Below are positions 38,157 through 46,866 of a stretch of 64,000 bases of DNA, piece by piece. The translations under genes were made by a program, and so were the position numbers. The notes beneath the pieces were generated by a model, which did no database searches, was not told the DNA's origin, and saw only the letters and a program-made list of their open reading frames with translations. This DNA comes from Candidatus Peribacteria bacterium (GTDB lineage: Bacteria > Patescibacteriota > Gracilibacteria > Peribacterales > Peribacteraceae), in assembly GCA_016866875.1 (NCBI GenBank), contig VGKY01000002.1, positions 31,688 through 95,687 of the forward strand. Reading direction: 5' to 3'. Within the stretch, counting starts at the first letter, position 1. The number at the start of each line of letters is the position of its first letter.

Positions 38157-38235
38157 AAGAAGAATTAAACGTACTCTACCTACTCCTATAGGCTCTTCTA
38201 CCTCTATTACTATAGTTCGAGGTACAGCAGGGCTA

Positions 38236-38604
38236 TTATGACAGGACTGCGTAACTGGCTTCATTCTGCCATGCGTGTTTTCTGCCGTACTCGAATGACG
38301 GGTCAAAGATGCGAATGACCTCAGCGTACCGTTTGCCAAGATGACCGTGTTCCCTGTGGTGATTCCTGATGCGTTCGACCAACAGACGCTCGATGAAGCC
38401 GATGGGCTGATGTTCCTCGTACAGTTGCCGCAGATAGCCGTCGTACACGTTGTCCTCGTAGGTAGTACGCAGCACACCGAGGATGCCGTGTTTCTTCGCG
38501 TTCCAGCGAACGACGGATTTCCCGCGCTCTGTCTTCACGCCGCCGCGCTTGGCATTGCTTTTGTTCGCGGCGATTTTGGCGGGAGAGGTGACGGCCATAA
38601 ACAA
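38236..38604 (-). CDS. hypothetical protein
   Basis: 122-aa ORF with GC like the host. A truncated paralog lies at 39352..39567. Confidence 0.4.
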   Translation of the reverse strand: MFMAVTSPAKIAANKSNAKRGGVKTERGKSVVRWNAKKHGILGVLRTTYEDNVYDGYLRQLYEEHQPIGFIERLLVERIRNHHREHGHLGKRYAEVIRIFDPSFEYGRKHAWQNEASYAVLS

Positions 38605-38737
38605 CTATAAGGATACAGCAATATAGTAGTTTCCGTGAATCCACTGCCTCATTGCCCATAGAGGGCTCAAAAATAGGATTTGACACTCTGAAATAAAGAG
38701 TGTATTATGTACATATTATCTTTTACCACAGTCTACT

Positions 38738-39274
38738 ATGGAAGCAAAGAAAGACCGCATACAACAGGCACGGGAAACGTATGCAGACAATCCTCTCACG
38801 GCGGCGGAGCTCGCAGTCTTTGAGGCTTTTAGTTCTTTGCCCGAAGATCAGTGGCAGCCCGAAGAAATTCCTACATACTATGCAGGAAAAAAAAAGGGAA
38901 CATTCAAGGTTTTGAATACTGAACTCGATCTAGGCGGCGGGAAAGTCGTTACCTTCAAGAATGTTGTAGTGGACGGATACGGTACGTGGTGGAGGGCTGG
39001 CAACGGTGGAACAATCGAAGTAAAAAAGGAAAATGACACCTTGAAGATTCAACAGGACGATGGAATCTATTTTTCATTCAATGGCGTGCCGCTCGACTAC
39101 CATAGTGGCACGGAAAACTCCGCAACTCTCACGCAGAAGATTTTCGATGTCGTCGAAGGCGTGAAGGCCGTCGGTGAGAAAATGAAGCAGGACATTGAGG
39201 ATCAGCGCAACGGTGAAGTAGACGCACGCAGAAGGGAGATGGCAGAAAAGCTCGAAGGACTTGCTGATTTTTGA
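38738..39274 (+). CDS. hypothetical protein
   Basis: 178-aa ORF followed by a clean intrinsic terminator. No family recognised. Confidence 0.45.
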   Translation: MEAKKDRIQQARETYADNPLTAAELAVFEAFSSLPEDQWQPEEIPTYYAGKKKGTFKVLNTELDLGGGKVVTFKNVVVDGYGTWWRAGNGGTIEVKKENDTLKIQQDDGIYFSFNGVPLDYHSGTENSATLTQKIFDVVEGVKAVGEKMKQDIEDQRNGEVDARRREMAEKLEGLADF

Positions 39275-39300
39275 GCGCCATACCAGCTTCGAGTTTCAGG

Positions 39301-39327
39301 AACCCCGCTCATGCGGGGTTTCTTTGA
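39301..39327 (+). terminator. intrinsic terminator
   Basis: AACCCCGC tcat GCGGGGTT followed by TCTTTG. Confidence 0.7.
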
Positions 39328-39351
39328 ATCATGTCTACGTGCGAGAAAGGG

Positions 39352-39567
39352 TCAGCTTATAATAAGACTGGGTATTTTTTGGCTGATGGATGCCAACTCT
39401 TTTTCAGTCCGAGGATGATAGTTCGGGATGAACATGCGAATGACCTCCACGTACCTTTTGCCGAGATTACCGTGTTCCCTGTGGTAGGATTGTAGGCGTT
39501 CGAGTTGGGCTGCTACTGCCCGACCATCGTCAGTTTTCTCCCGTTTCGCCCACTCCTCAGTCGACTC
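39352..39567 (-). pseudogene. truncated paralog of 38236..38604 (C-terminal fragment, no start codon)
   Basis: Translates ...ERLQSYHREHGNLGKRYVEVIRMFIPNY, versus ERIRNHHREHGHLGKRYAEVIRIFDPSF in the intact copy. An in-frame stop lies immediately upstream. Confidence 0.55.
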
Positions 39568-40287
39568 TCAGAGAAAACGGCAGCAAAATGTATGCTGGAA
39601 ATGTTTCCATAAAATATTTCCGCGTTAAGACAATGTGTTATTATAAAACATTTCTGTTCGCTTTGTGACCAACCATACCGCGAAAATCGAGAAAATGGCG
39701 AAAGAAGAGAACGCTCTCTTTGTGCAAATTTTAGGCCATTTCGGCAATTTTGCTGTAATTTGAACCGAGCGAATACAAGTTTAGTTCACCTGCATCTAGA
39801 CAATACATTGAGTATCAGTACACTGCCGCACTCCCCTTCGGGAGGCTACTATGAAGATCGTGGAGCTCATGCTTCGCAAAGCTTCACTGGAGCCCGTGGC
39901 GACCCACGTGCTGCTCATCACCCTCCTCTCTGTCGTCTTGGTGGTGAGCCTCCCTGCGCATCCGTAAGGGGGTCTAGTGAACAACACGGCAGAAATCTCC
40001 GCCTCAAGCGGAGATACACACACCTTCCCCCGTCTCGAAAGAGACCACCGGACAGTGGGGGTGTTGAACCGTGTGTGGTTTTCCGGAGCCCATCCAATGG
40101 CGAATCGGAAGAGAACGTGTATGCCGCATCATGGTATAGACGAAAAGCAATGCTTGCAGCGGGAGCAGACCGAGCCTAGTCTTACATCGTGATTGGCGCT
40201 TACATCCTCTTCTGCTCCCCCTCCTCCTCCTGCTCTTCGAGCCTGTGGGTGGGTTGCGCGTAGCAGAAAAGGATCCGCGCATACTCC

Positions 40288-40311
40288 ACCCGCACGGAGC
40301 GGGTTCTTTTT
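40288..40311 (+). terminator. intrinsic terminator ending an ORF-poor, hairpin-rich stretch
   Basis: ACCCGC acgga GCGGGT followed by TCTTTTT. Confidence 0.5.
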
Positions 40312-40567
40312 ATTCGCCATACTTCCTCCCCACCCATGCAACCACACTCTCCAAAACAATACCATCCCCAAAGCATCCCAAGGCTGCAGAAATGGCTCAA
40401 GGGCTTCGATCGCTACAGCGAACCGAGTGTCGACGCGCAACGAGCGATCGGCGGATTTCGCGAGGAACTTGTGAGAGCGCTCAGCACCAACCCTCAAGAT
40501 CACGCGGTCATCTCTCACATGCTCAGCGAACTTCTGCGGGAAGAGCAGCGCATCATGGGTACGACAA

Positions 40568-41083
40568 CTACCTCCGCTTCGTCGGCTTGAGCGTTGCGGT
40601 TGCTACGATGTGTGTAGACGCCTCGGTGTTGCCGTCGTCCTTCTCGAGGGTGACGCGCACATCGAGGTACCTGCGTAGATCCTCTGAAGACTCGAGCTTG
40701 AACCCATGGCGCGCGTCGCCGAAGTGATTGACGAGGTGACCTGCAGAGACGCCTTGCTGAGTCTCGAGATCACGGATCCAGACTTCATAGAACGTTCCCT
40801 CCTTCGCCGGCTCCACATTGACTTGGCCCGTGACGATCGTCGCACCGTCTTCAAACACATGACTGGTGACAACCCCGTTGGCGGGAGTCCACTGATTTCC
40901 TGCGACAGCGCCATAGGCAAACCACTTCTCTTCACCATGCCCCGGGACCTCCACTCTGCCGTTGACGGGCATGATCTGCTCGAGGGACTGACCGCCGATG
41001 GGAGGGTCTTCGATGGTCGTGGTCTCAGGGCCACAGGCGACAAGGGAGAGTCCGAGGACGAAAACGATAGGCAATGTCTTCAT
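40568..41083 (-). CDS. lipoprotein, hypothetical
   Basis: MKTLPIVFVLGLSLVAC signal with a lipobox. All-beta-looking sequence with a YEVWIRD motif. Confidence 0.55.
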   Translation of the reverse strand: MKTLPIVFVLGLSLVACGPETTTIEDPPIGGQSLEQIMPVNGRVEVPGHGEEKWFAYGAVAGNQWTPANGVVTSHVFEDGATIVTGQVNVEPAKEGTFYEVWIRDLETQQGVSAGHLVNHFGDARHGFKLESSEDLRRYLDVRVTLEKDDGNTEASTHIVATATLKPTKRR

Positions 41084-41143
41084 AGGGGTCTAAGGGTAGA
41101 CAGATTTTCCCTGGCAGAAAAGGGGGGAACCCAAGAAAGACGA

Positions 41144-43147
41144 TCACCAGAGATACCCCGGAGGCCTGCTACGCGCGAGCAGTCGCTCGCGGCGCATAGC
41201 GAAATCCGCGCGGGCAGCGAGAACATCGTAGCGCGGCGCATCCTTGGGATACTCGTCTTTCAGAAGTGCCGTGAGTGCAATGGCATCCTCAGCATTGTGG
41301 GAGAGGGCGATGAAGTGCGCATTGCGCGTGATGGCTTCGACGAAGGCCTGAAGGAGCGCATCGATCTCGGGCTTGAGCGCGAAGAGTTCCTCGGTGTGGC
41401 CGCCGATGCGCAACGCTTCGGCCAGAGCATAGGTGATGCTGAGGTCATTCCAGCGACCGCGATGGTAGGCCTCGGTGTAGGCATCCCGTGCCTCATCCAG
41501 ATCACCGCGCAGCATCGCCGCGTCACCGCGCAGGCGCCAACCACGAGGATCCTCTGCATTCACGAGCGCATAGCGACGTACCGAGTCTTCTGCACGAAGG
41601 GTGTCGTCACTGAGCGTCGCAAGCAGTGCGCGGCTGAGGAGGAGATCGCGGCTGAACCACTCCGAGAGACTGCGGTCATACCATCGCAGTGCAACCGCAT
41701 GATCGCTACGCACTTCAGCGTGGCGACCGAGAGACGACGTGACGAGATACCCTCCCTCTCTCAAGGCAACGAGAAGGAGGATAATAGCTATAGATAAATC
41801 TAATAATTGAACACTTTTTTTACTCGTACTTGTCGCGCTGAGCGTGGTTGATGGCGCGAGCTTCAGAGGGGGCATCGATCGGTGTGCGAGTAATCCCAAA
41901 GCAATCCAGAAAGGCAGGGCTATGCCGACGAATTGGAGATTGTAATCGATGAGGTTATGGGCGAGGACACCGAGGATGACGACGGCGAGGAGGCAAGTCC
42001 GTTGGTCCACCGCTCCTGCGGAATTGTGCCGATACCTAAACAACGCGAACACCGACCTGCCGGTGGGCAAGAGAACAATCACGAACATCGCAACGAGCAA
42101 CAGAGCCGCCGCCACCCCGCGCTCGACGGCGATCTTCAGGAAAAGATTGTGCGGATGATCAGAGGTTTGGAGCACCCCAGTCTGCAGCTTCTGATGCACG
42201 AAGCGGAAACTATACGGCCCCCATCCAAGCACGGGACGTTCAGCAGAGAGATGCAGCGACTGGCTCCAAAACGCCTTACGTTCGCTCACCGAGGAAGCAC
42301 CCTCGTCCGCCGTAAAGGTCACCTTCTCCGCAACGCTCTCTACGGGGTGAAACTGTGCGCGCAGCGCATTGACCCCGAAAAACATGCTAGAAGCAATGAG
42401 GACGGTCAGAGCGACCATGCACGCATCGGATTGTGTATATCGCCGTTGCTGACCTCTCCTGCACCATGCAAGCAACGCCAACTGTCCCACGCAGGCAATG
42501 AGCGCTCCACGGGAGTAGCTCAGGAGCAAGGCTCCGAAGAGCAAGCCCAAAAGAACGGGAATCGTCCGCCTCGCCCTCCCTGCCGCATCCAAAGCAAGCA
42601 GGAGAATCATCGGCCAGCTAAGGAGCAGGTACTGCGCCCATGCATTGGGCCAGTAGTCCGTGTGAAAACGGTAATCGAAGAAGCTCCCCACGAAGCGGTT
42701 CACGGGCTGCAGAGCATAGACGAGTACCCCGAGGAGGACGGCGAGGAGAGCGGCAAGGACGACGCAGAAGGCAAACCTCCGAATGAAGGCGGCATCGGGA
42801 GAACGCCTCACATAGCGCATCGTCCACAGGAAGATGAGGACGAGGGCACCATCACGGAGCAACTCATCGAGGCCATAGTTTTTCGTGGAAGACGTGAGGT
42901 AACTACCCAACGTCCAGACGAGAAATCCAAACGCACAGATGCGAAGCCCCTTGTCAGACGCCTGCATAGAGCCGGTGGGACGAAGATGCTGCGCACGTAC
43001 CTCGATAACGAGCAAAGCAGCGGCAAGGGCGACGAGCATCCACGTGACCTCAAGGCTTTTTCCCCCCCGGAGCAAAGTAGCAAGCAACAGGAAACCGAGC
43101 AGAACATGCTCACTGAGCGGGGCACGCGAAAGGGATCGCGAAAGCAT
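41144..43147 (-). CDS. O-antigen ligase/polymerase-like (Wzy_C) membrane protein with C-terminal TPR region
   Basis: SYSRGALIA and HPHNLFLKIAVERG are typical Wzy_C blocks. More than 10 TM segments. The C-terminal about 200 aa are TPR-like. Confidence 0.65.
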   Translation of the reverse strand: MLSRSLSRAPLSEHVLLGFLLLATLLRGGKSLEVTWMLVALAAALLVIEVRAQHLRPTGSMQASDKGLRICAFGFLVWTLGSYLTSSTKNYGLDELLRDGALVLIFLWTMRYVRRSPDAAFIRRFAFCVVLAALLAVLLGVLVYALQPVNRFVGSFFDYRFHTDYWPNAWAQYLLLSWPMILLLALDAAGRARRTIPVLLGLLFGALLLSYSRGALIACVGQLALLAWCRRGQQRRYTQSDACMVALTVLIASSMFFGVNALRAQFHPVESVAEKVTFTADEGASSVSERKAFWSQSLHLSAERPVLGWGPYSFRFVHQKLQTGVLQTSDHPHNLFLKIAVERGVAAALLLVAMFVIVLLPTGRSVFALFRYRHNSAGAVDQRTCLLAVVILGVLAHNLIDYNLQFVGIALPFWIALGLLAHRSMPPLKLAPSTTLSATSTSKKSVQLLDLSIAIILLLVALREGGYLVTSSLGRHAEVRSDHAVALRWYDRSLSEWFSRDLLLSRALLATLSDDTLRAEDSVRRYALVNAEDPRGWRLRGDAAMLRGDLDEARDAYTEAYHRGRWNDLSITYALAEALRIGGHTEELFALKPEIDALLQAFVEAITRNAHFIALSHNAEDAIALTALLKDEYPKDAPRYDVLAARADFAMRRERLLARSRPPGYLW

Positions 43148-43200
43148 CGAGCGCAGTATGCAGGAGGATACTGAGAAGCAGAAGAGGCCGTGGGATCTTT

Positions 43201-43623
43201 TTGCAGAATGGGCTTTGTGCTAGAATACTTCGAAACATGCACATCGCCCCCGAGTCACCACAGCATACCGAACGCGTCTTAGCTCTGCAGATGATCTTCC
43301 TGGGTCTCTCGGTGCTCCTCGGACTCGTCGTCCTGATCCAGTTCGGATCCCCAAGCCACCGCATGAATGCGGACGGGGTCTACTCCACCGCTCCGAGCTA
43401 CGGCGTTCCACGCTATCCTCGTCCGATTGAGGAGTACATTGAAGAGGATGATAACGATCACGAGGGAGGGTCTGCATCATCGGTGAGAAGCAGTGCATCA
43501 AGTGCAAGTGCACGGAGCACCGAGTATAACCGCAAGACCCGCCGTGCACGGGGGGGACTGCGCGCCCGCGTCTCAGGCGGCGATGAAGACAGAGCATTCG
43601 CTCCGGGGTGGTTCAGGCGATAG
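43201..43623 (+). CDS. hypothetical membrane protein
   Basis: One TM (LALQMIFLGLSVLLGLVVLIQF) and a Ser/Arg-rich tail. The start may be MHIAPES. Confidence 0.3.
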   Translation: MQNGLCARILRNMHIAPESPQHTERVLALQMIFLGLSVLLGLVVLIQFGSPSHRMNADGVYSTAPSYGVPRYPRPIEEYIEEDDNDHEGGSASSVRSSASSASARSTEYNRKTRRARGGLRARVSGGDEDRAFAPGWFRR

Positions 43624-43792
43624 GCTCGTACGATCAATCCCTGCCGTCCACCTCAGCGGTTTCGATGTGTGCGGTGTCGGGCAAGAGGAGCATCGCAAGG
43701 TCCGCGAGGCGTTCACTTCCTGCGATGCTCCAGATCAACAACAAGCCTTTCGCTCGGCACGGCAGAGGGAATGTGATAAGGTTGTGGTGCTT

Positions 43793-43879
43793 GCCGACGT
43801 GGCGGAATTGGTAGACGCGCACGCTTCAGGAGCGTGTGGGAGTAATCCTGTGAGAGTTCGAGTCTCTCCGTCGGCACCA
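43793..43879 (+). tRNA. tRNA-Leu (anticodon CAG), CCA encoded
   Basis: GCCGACG TG GCGGAATTGGTAGACGC G CACGC TT-CAG-GA GCGTG, variable arm, GAGAG TTCGAGT CTCTC CGTCGGC A CCA. Confidence 0.9.
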
Positions 43880-44120
43880 TTCGATTCGGCGCTTCGCGCC
43901 TCACTCATGGTCCTCGGCCATCGGCCTCGGGCCATTCAACATGCCGAATCGAATGACAGTGAGCGAGGCCGCAGCCGAGTCCAACTGCCCAAAATCCATG
44001 CATCATCACCTTTGACAAATATGCGATTTGTACAGATTGATAGAGCTCACCTTCACGCTGTGAACGTGGCAATTCGCTCGTTCACAGGATTGGCAGTTTG
44101 ATGTAGGCGAGGATTATCAT

Positions 44121-44552
44121 GTGCGTATGCACGTGCCGCATCTGGGAAAAAAGTTACGGGTGTTAGCAGCAACGCTAACCGTCATGCTCCTGGCGGGCAT
44201 CGCTGCAGGCTTACGCGCTCGATCCGCAGGCGCGTCACAGATTGAATTCTTCGACGTGGAGCAACGAGACTTCGTAGCGGAGTCTCACAACATCCGTCGT
44301 ATGGAAGTATGGCTCGTGCCCCAGGGCGCGCAAAGTGAAACGCAGTGGAAGACCCTTGGCCTGATGAAGGGCAGATCGCACTGGTTTTCCTGGGCAGCTT
44401 GGACGCTGCCTATCCCCGAAAAGCCACTCGATGTGCTGCAGATCATGGTACGAGGGTACGATAAAACCGGAACGGAAGTGGACAGAGTGTCGCTTCCCTG
44501 GCTTGGACCGGAAACACTGAAGAGAGAGGTCTGGGGAATGGAAATCAATTAG
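44121..44552 (+). CDS. hypothetical membrane-anchored protein
   Basis: N-terminal TM (LRVLAATLTVMLLAGIAAGL). No family recognised. Confidence 0.4.
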   Translation: MRMHVPHLGKKLRVLAATLTVMLLAGIAAGLRARSAGASQIEFFDVEQRDFVAESHNIRRMEVWLVPQGAQSETQWKTLGLMKGRSHWFSWAAWTLPIPEKPLDVLQIMVRGYDKTGTEVDRVSLPWLGPETLKREVWGMEIN

Positions 44553-44559
44553 TGGAGCG

Positions 44560-44628
44560 TGTCACGCTGAGCGTAGTCGAAGCGCGACACGAAAAATGTT
44601 ATGTCCCTCGACTACGCTCGGGATGACA
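44560..44628. repeat. palindromic element family A, copy 3
   Basis: TGTCACGCTGAGCGTAGTCGAAGCG...CCCTCGACTACGCTCGGGATGACA, between two convergent genes. Confidence 0.9.
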
Positions 44629-44644
44629 CATTTTACTTCATTAT

Positions 44645-46264
44645 TCATTCATCATTATTCATTCTTAATTCCTCTAGGGCTCTCTTCGCATCCACCTCCA
44701 GCGGACTACTCTCCACAGCTCGTTCATAGGCCTGCCGAGCAAGGTCCTTTTTTCCCTGTGCACGCAAAATCTGCCCGACGTTGTACCACGTTGTCGCATC
44801 ATCGCGGATCTGGAGTGCCTTGGTGTACGCACGCAATCCTTCATGCAAGTTGCCGCGTCGCACCTCGTCTGTGCCGATGTTGCTCCAGGCTACGTAGGAA
44901 TGCGGTTGCACATGGGCAACGTGGGAAAAGAGCGTGTGTGTGTCCTTCCAAAATAATGATTGACGGTAGGAAAGGTTGGAGAAGACGAAGAGAACGAAAA
45001 AGACGCAGAGGGACAAAAGCTTCGGGAATCGGTCGGCAGCATTCGCAATCATCCAACCGACAACCAGCAACAAACCGATCGAAGGAAGATAGGCATAGCG
45101 ATCGGACGTGATGTAGATATCCAATAGTTCATTGTGACCTTTGGTGATGTTGGAGAATGACGGCGCAAGGAACAGCAAGAACCACCCCCATGCAAAAAGA
45201 GGCAACCGCACTCCCCTTCTTACTGCGAGCCAGAGAGCGAACACCGAGACGCAGAGGACGAAAAGGACGGAGAAGAGTAGTTCCGGCGAGAAGAGAGAAA
45301 TGGGTTTCGTAAAAGGGTAGAGCGCAGACAAGCCTGTAGGCCAGAAGAACTTCTGGAGAAGCAGGGTGACTGCGCGGCAACCCATCAGGAATTTTTCCAA
45401 GAGGAATCCCGTGTTGGCGATTTTTCCTCCAAGCGCGACTATGCCGAAGATGATGGAAAGGATGAAAAAGGGCACAGCCCTCAATAATGACAACTGCGTT
45501 GTCATCCTGAGCGTAGTCGAAGGAGACAATGCAGGACGTGCCATGGTTCGACTACGCTCACCATGACTCTCATGCTGCACTGCAGCATTTCCCTGGTACC
45601 AATCCATGAGTACCATCAATACCGGCCACGTGAGAACGGAGACCTTGGAGAGAAGTGCGAGGAGAAACATCCCAACACTTGCCCAGTACCATCTTCTCCC
45701 TGTGCCATCCCGAGCGTAGTCGAGGGATGTTTCATGCAAAGAGGCTTCGACTACGCTCAGCCTGACTCGCGATTTCATATACAAAAGCATCGTCCACAGA
45801 AAGAAGAACACCGAGAGCACATCCTTTCTCGCAGCAGCCCACACGACTGCTTCCGTGTGAAGAGGATGCAGTGCAAAGATTAGGCTCGTGAAAATACTGC
45901 AGAATGAAGAATGAAGAATGAAGAATTGTTCTCCAGTCTTCTGTAGCAGCTTTTGCACGATCATCCCCACCATTACCGCATTGGCAATGTGCAACAGAAG
46001 ATTCCCAAGGTGATACCCAAACGGCTCCAATCCTCCTACGACGTAATTGATCTGATAACTGACAAAAGTGAGCGGGATATAGAGCTCCGGATCGTACGAT
46101 GTAAATGCAAGCCAGAGATTGTGAAAAGAAAGTCCGCGAATGATCGGATTTTCCGTAATCAGCAGTCCGTCATCCCACGTCACAAAACCATTGCCAAGCG
46201 ACTGGGCATAGAGAGCGATCGGCAACAACATGCATAAGCCAAGGACAGCATGACGACGAAGCAT
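44645..46264 (-). CDS. TPR-containing polytopic membrane protein (TMTC/PMT_2-like glycosyltransferase, putative)
   Basis: Start set at MLRRHAVLGLCMLL. WDDGLLITENP, TSYDPELYIPLTFVSYQINY, FGYHLGNLLLH. C-terminal TPRs (WSNIGTDEVRRGNLHEGLRAYTKAL..., WYNVGQILRAQGKKDLARQAYERAV). Carries two family-A elements and a heptamer array in frame. Confidence 0.6.
   Translation of the reverse strand: MLRRHAVLGLCMLLPIALYAQSLGNGFVTWDDGLLITENPIIRGLSFHNLWLAFTSYDPELYIPLTFVSYQINYVVGGLEPFGYHLGNLLLHIANAVMVGMIVQKLLQKTGEQFFILHSSFCSIFTSLIFALHPLHTEAVVWAAARKDVLSVFFFLWTMLLYMKSRVRLSVVEASLHETSLDYARDGTGRRWYWASVGMFLLALLSKVSVLTWPVLMVLMDWYQGNAAVQHESHGERSRTMARPALSPSTTLRMTTQLSLLRAVPFFILSIIFGIVALGGKIANTGFLLEKFLMGCRAVTLLLQKFFWPTGLSALYPFTKPISLFSPELLFSVLFVLCVSVFALWLAVRRGVRLPLFAWGWFLLFLAPSFSNITKGHNELLDIYITSDRYAYLPSIGLLLVVGWMIANAADRFPKLLSLCVFFVLFVFSNLSYRQSLFWKDTHTLFSHVAHVQPHSYVAWSNIGTDEVRRGNLHEGLRAYTKALQIRDDATTWYNVGQILRAQGKKDLARQAYERAVESSPLEVDAKRALEELRMNNDE
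45500..45567. repeat. palindromic element family A, copy 4 (inside CDS, in frame)
   Basis: TGTCATCCTGAGCGTAGTCGAAGGA...GGTTCGACTACGCTCACCATGAC. Translated on the minus strand as SHGERSRTMARPALSPSTTLRMT. Confidence 0.85.
45703..45766. repeat. palindromic element family A, copy 5 (inside CDS, in frame)
   Basis: TGCCATCCCGAGCGTAGTCGAGGGA...GCTTCGACTACGCTCAGCCTGAC. Translated on the minus strand as VRLSVVEASLHETSLDYARDG, a different element phase from copy 4. Confidence 0.85.
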
Positions 46265-46425
46265 CCTCAATACTCTATAAGTAGGTGGGGCTCCGCCGCC
46301 ACGGGGGGTGTTGCGGCAAGCGGAGGAGCTTTGGAGGCGGTGCGTTTTTCTTTCTCCACTTTCTTTTGTCGGGGAGACAAAAGAAAGTGGAATCTGCAAT
46401 AAGCAGCAACCCTTGTACCTAACTC

Positions 46426-46465
46426 TTGACGCCAGAAATTAGCACTCTATAATTCCGACTGCTAA
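46426..46465 (+). promoter_or_regulatory. groESL promoter with CIRCE-like operator
   Basis: TTGACG (46426-46431), 16-nt spacer, TATAAT (46448-46453). TTAGCACTC-N9-GACTGCTAA (46439-46465) has one mismatch to the CIRCE consensus TTAGCACTC-N9-GAGTGCTAA. Confidence 0.7.
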
Positions 46466-46533
46466 CGCAGGTATATACCCTGCGCCACGGCATTTTCCAT
46501 CGCTTTCTCTACTTCCCTTCCCTTACTACACCT

Positions 46534-46866
46534 ATGGCAAAAGATGATGTGCAGCTTGCCACGCATTTAGAACCCATCGGCGACCGCGTGGTGGTCCGCC
46601 CCCTTGAAAAGGAACAGGTCACGGCCTCGGGTATCGTGATCCCCGATACGGCTTCCGGCGAGAAGCCTCAAGAAGGCGTGGTGATCGCCCTCGGGAAGGG
46701 CGGCGTGGGCAAGGACTGCTCGAACCCCAAAGACTTCCTCAAAGTCGGCGACAAAGTGCTCTTTGGCAAGTACGCCGGCGACGACGTGAAGCTCAAAGAC
46801 AAGTCCGGCAAGGACATCGAAGTGAAGATCCTTCATCTCGACTCTGTCCTCGCCATCGTAAAATAA
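46534..46866 (+). CDS. groES: co-chaperonin GroES
   Basis: PIGDRVVVRPLE..., SGIVIPDTA..KPQEGVVIALG, G..V.FGKYAG. Confidence 0.95.
   Translation: MAKDDVQLATHLEPIGDRVVVRPLEKEQVTASGIVIPDTASGEKPQEGVVIALGKGGVGKDCSNPKDFLKVGDKVLFGKYAGDDVKLKDKSGKDIEVKILHLDSVLAIVK

Larger units (their letters stand above)
30402..38160. mobile_element. integrative island adjacent to tRNA-Pro (boundaries approximate; AT-rich core about 30660-38200)
   Basis: Visibly lower GC than the flanks. Contains a tyrosine integrase, an excisionase-like HTH, a TerS-like HTH and a sigma-like gene, next to a tRNA. No att direct repeat found by eye. Confidence 0.6.

Noticed and set aside
38150-39700. A direct repeat of the tRNA-Pro 3-prime end (attR) at the right end of the island
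   Set aside because: No stretch matching GGTTCGAGTCCTCTCGTCCCGACCA or a substantial part of it was seen by eye. The island boundaries therefore remain approximate.
39800-40311. RNase P RNA, tmRNA, SRP RNA or a group II intron as the identity of the hairpin-rich stretch
   Set aside because: I could not find the diagnostic strings: GAGGAAAGTCC for RNase P, a tRNA-like CCA end with a GGTTCGA T-loop for tmRNA, the GGAAGCAGCC-type SRP domain IV, or a domain V-like GAGCCGTAT...ACGGTTC hairpin. It is kept only as an unassigned candidate.
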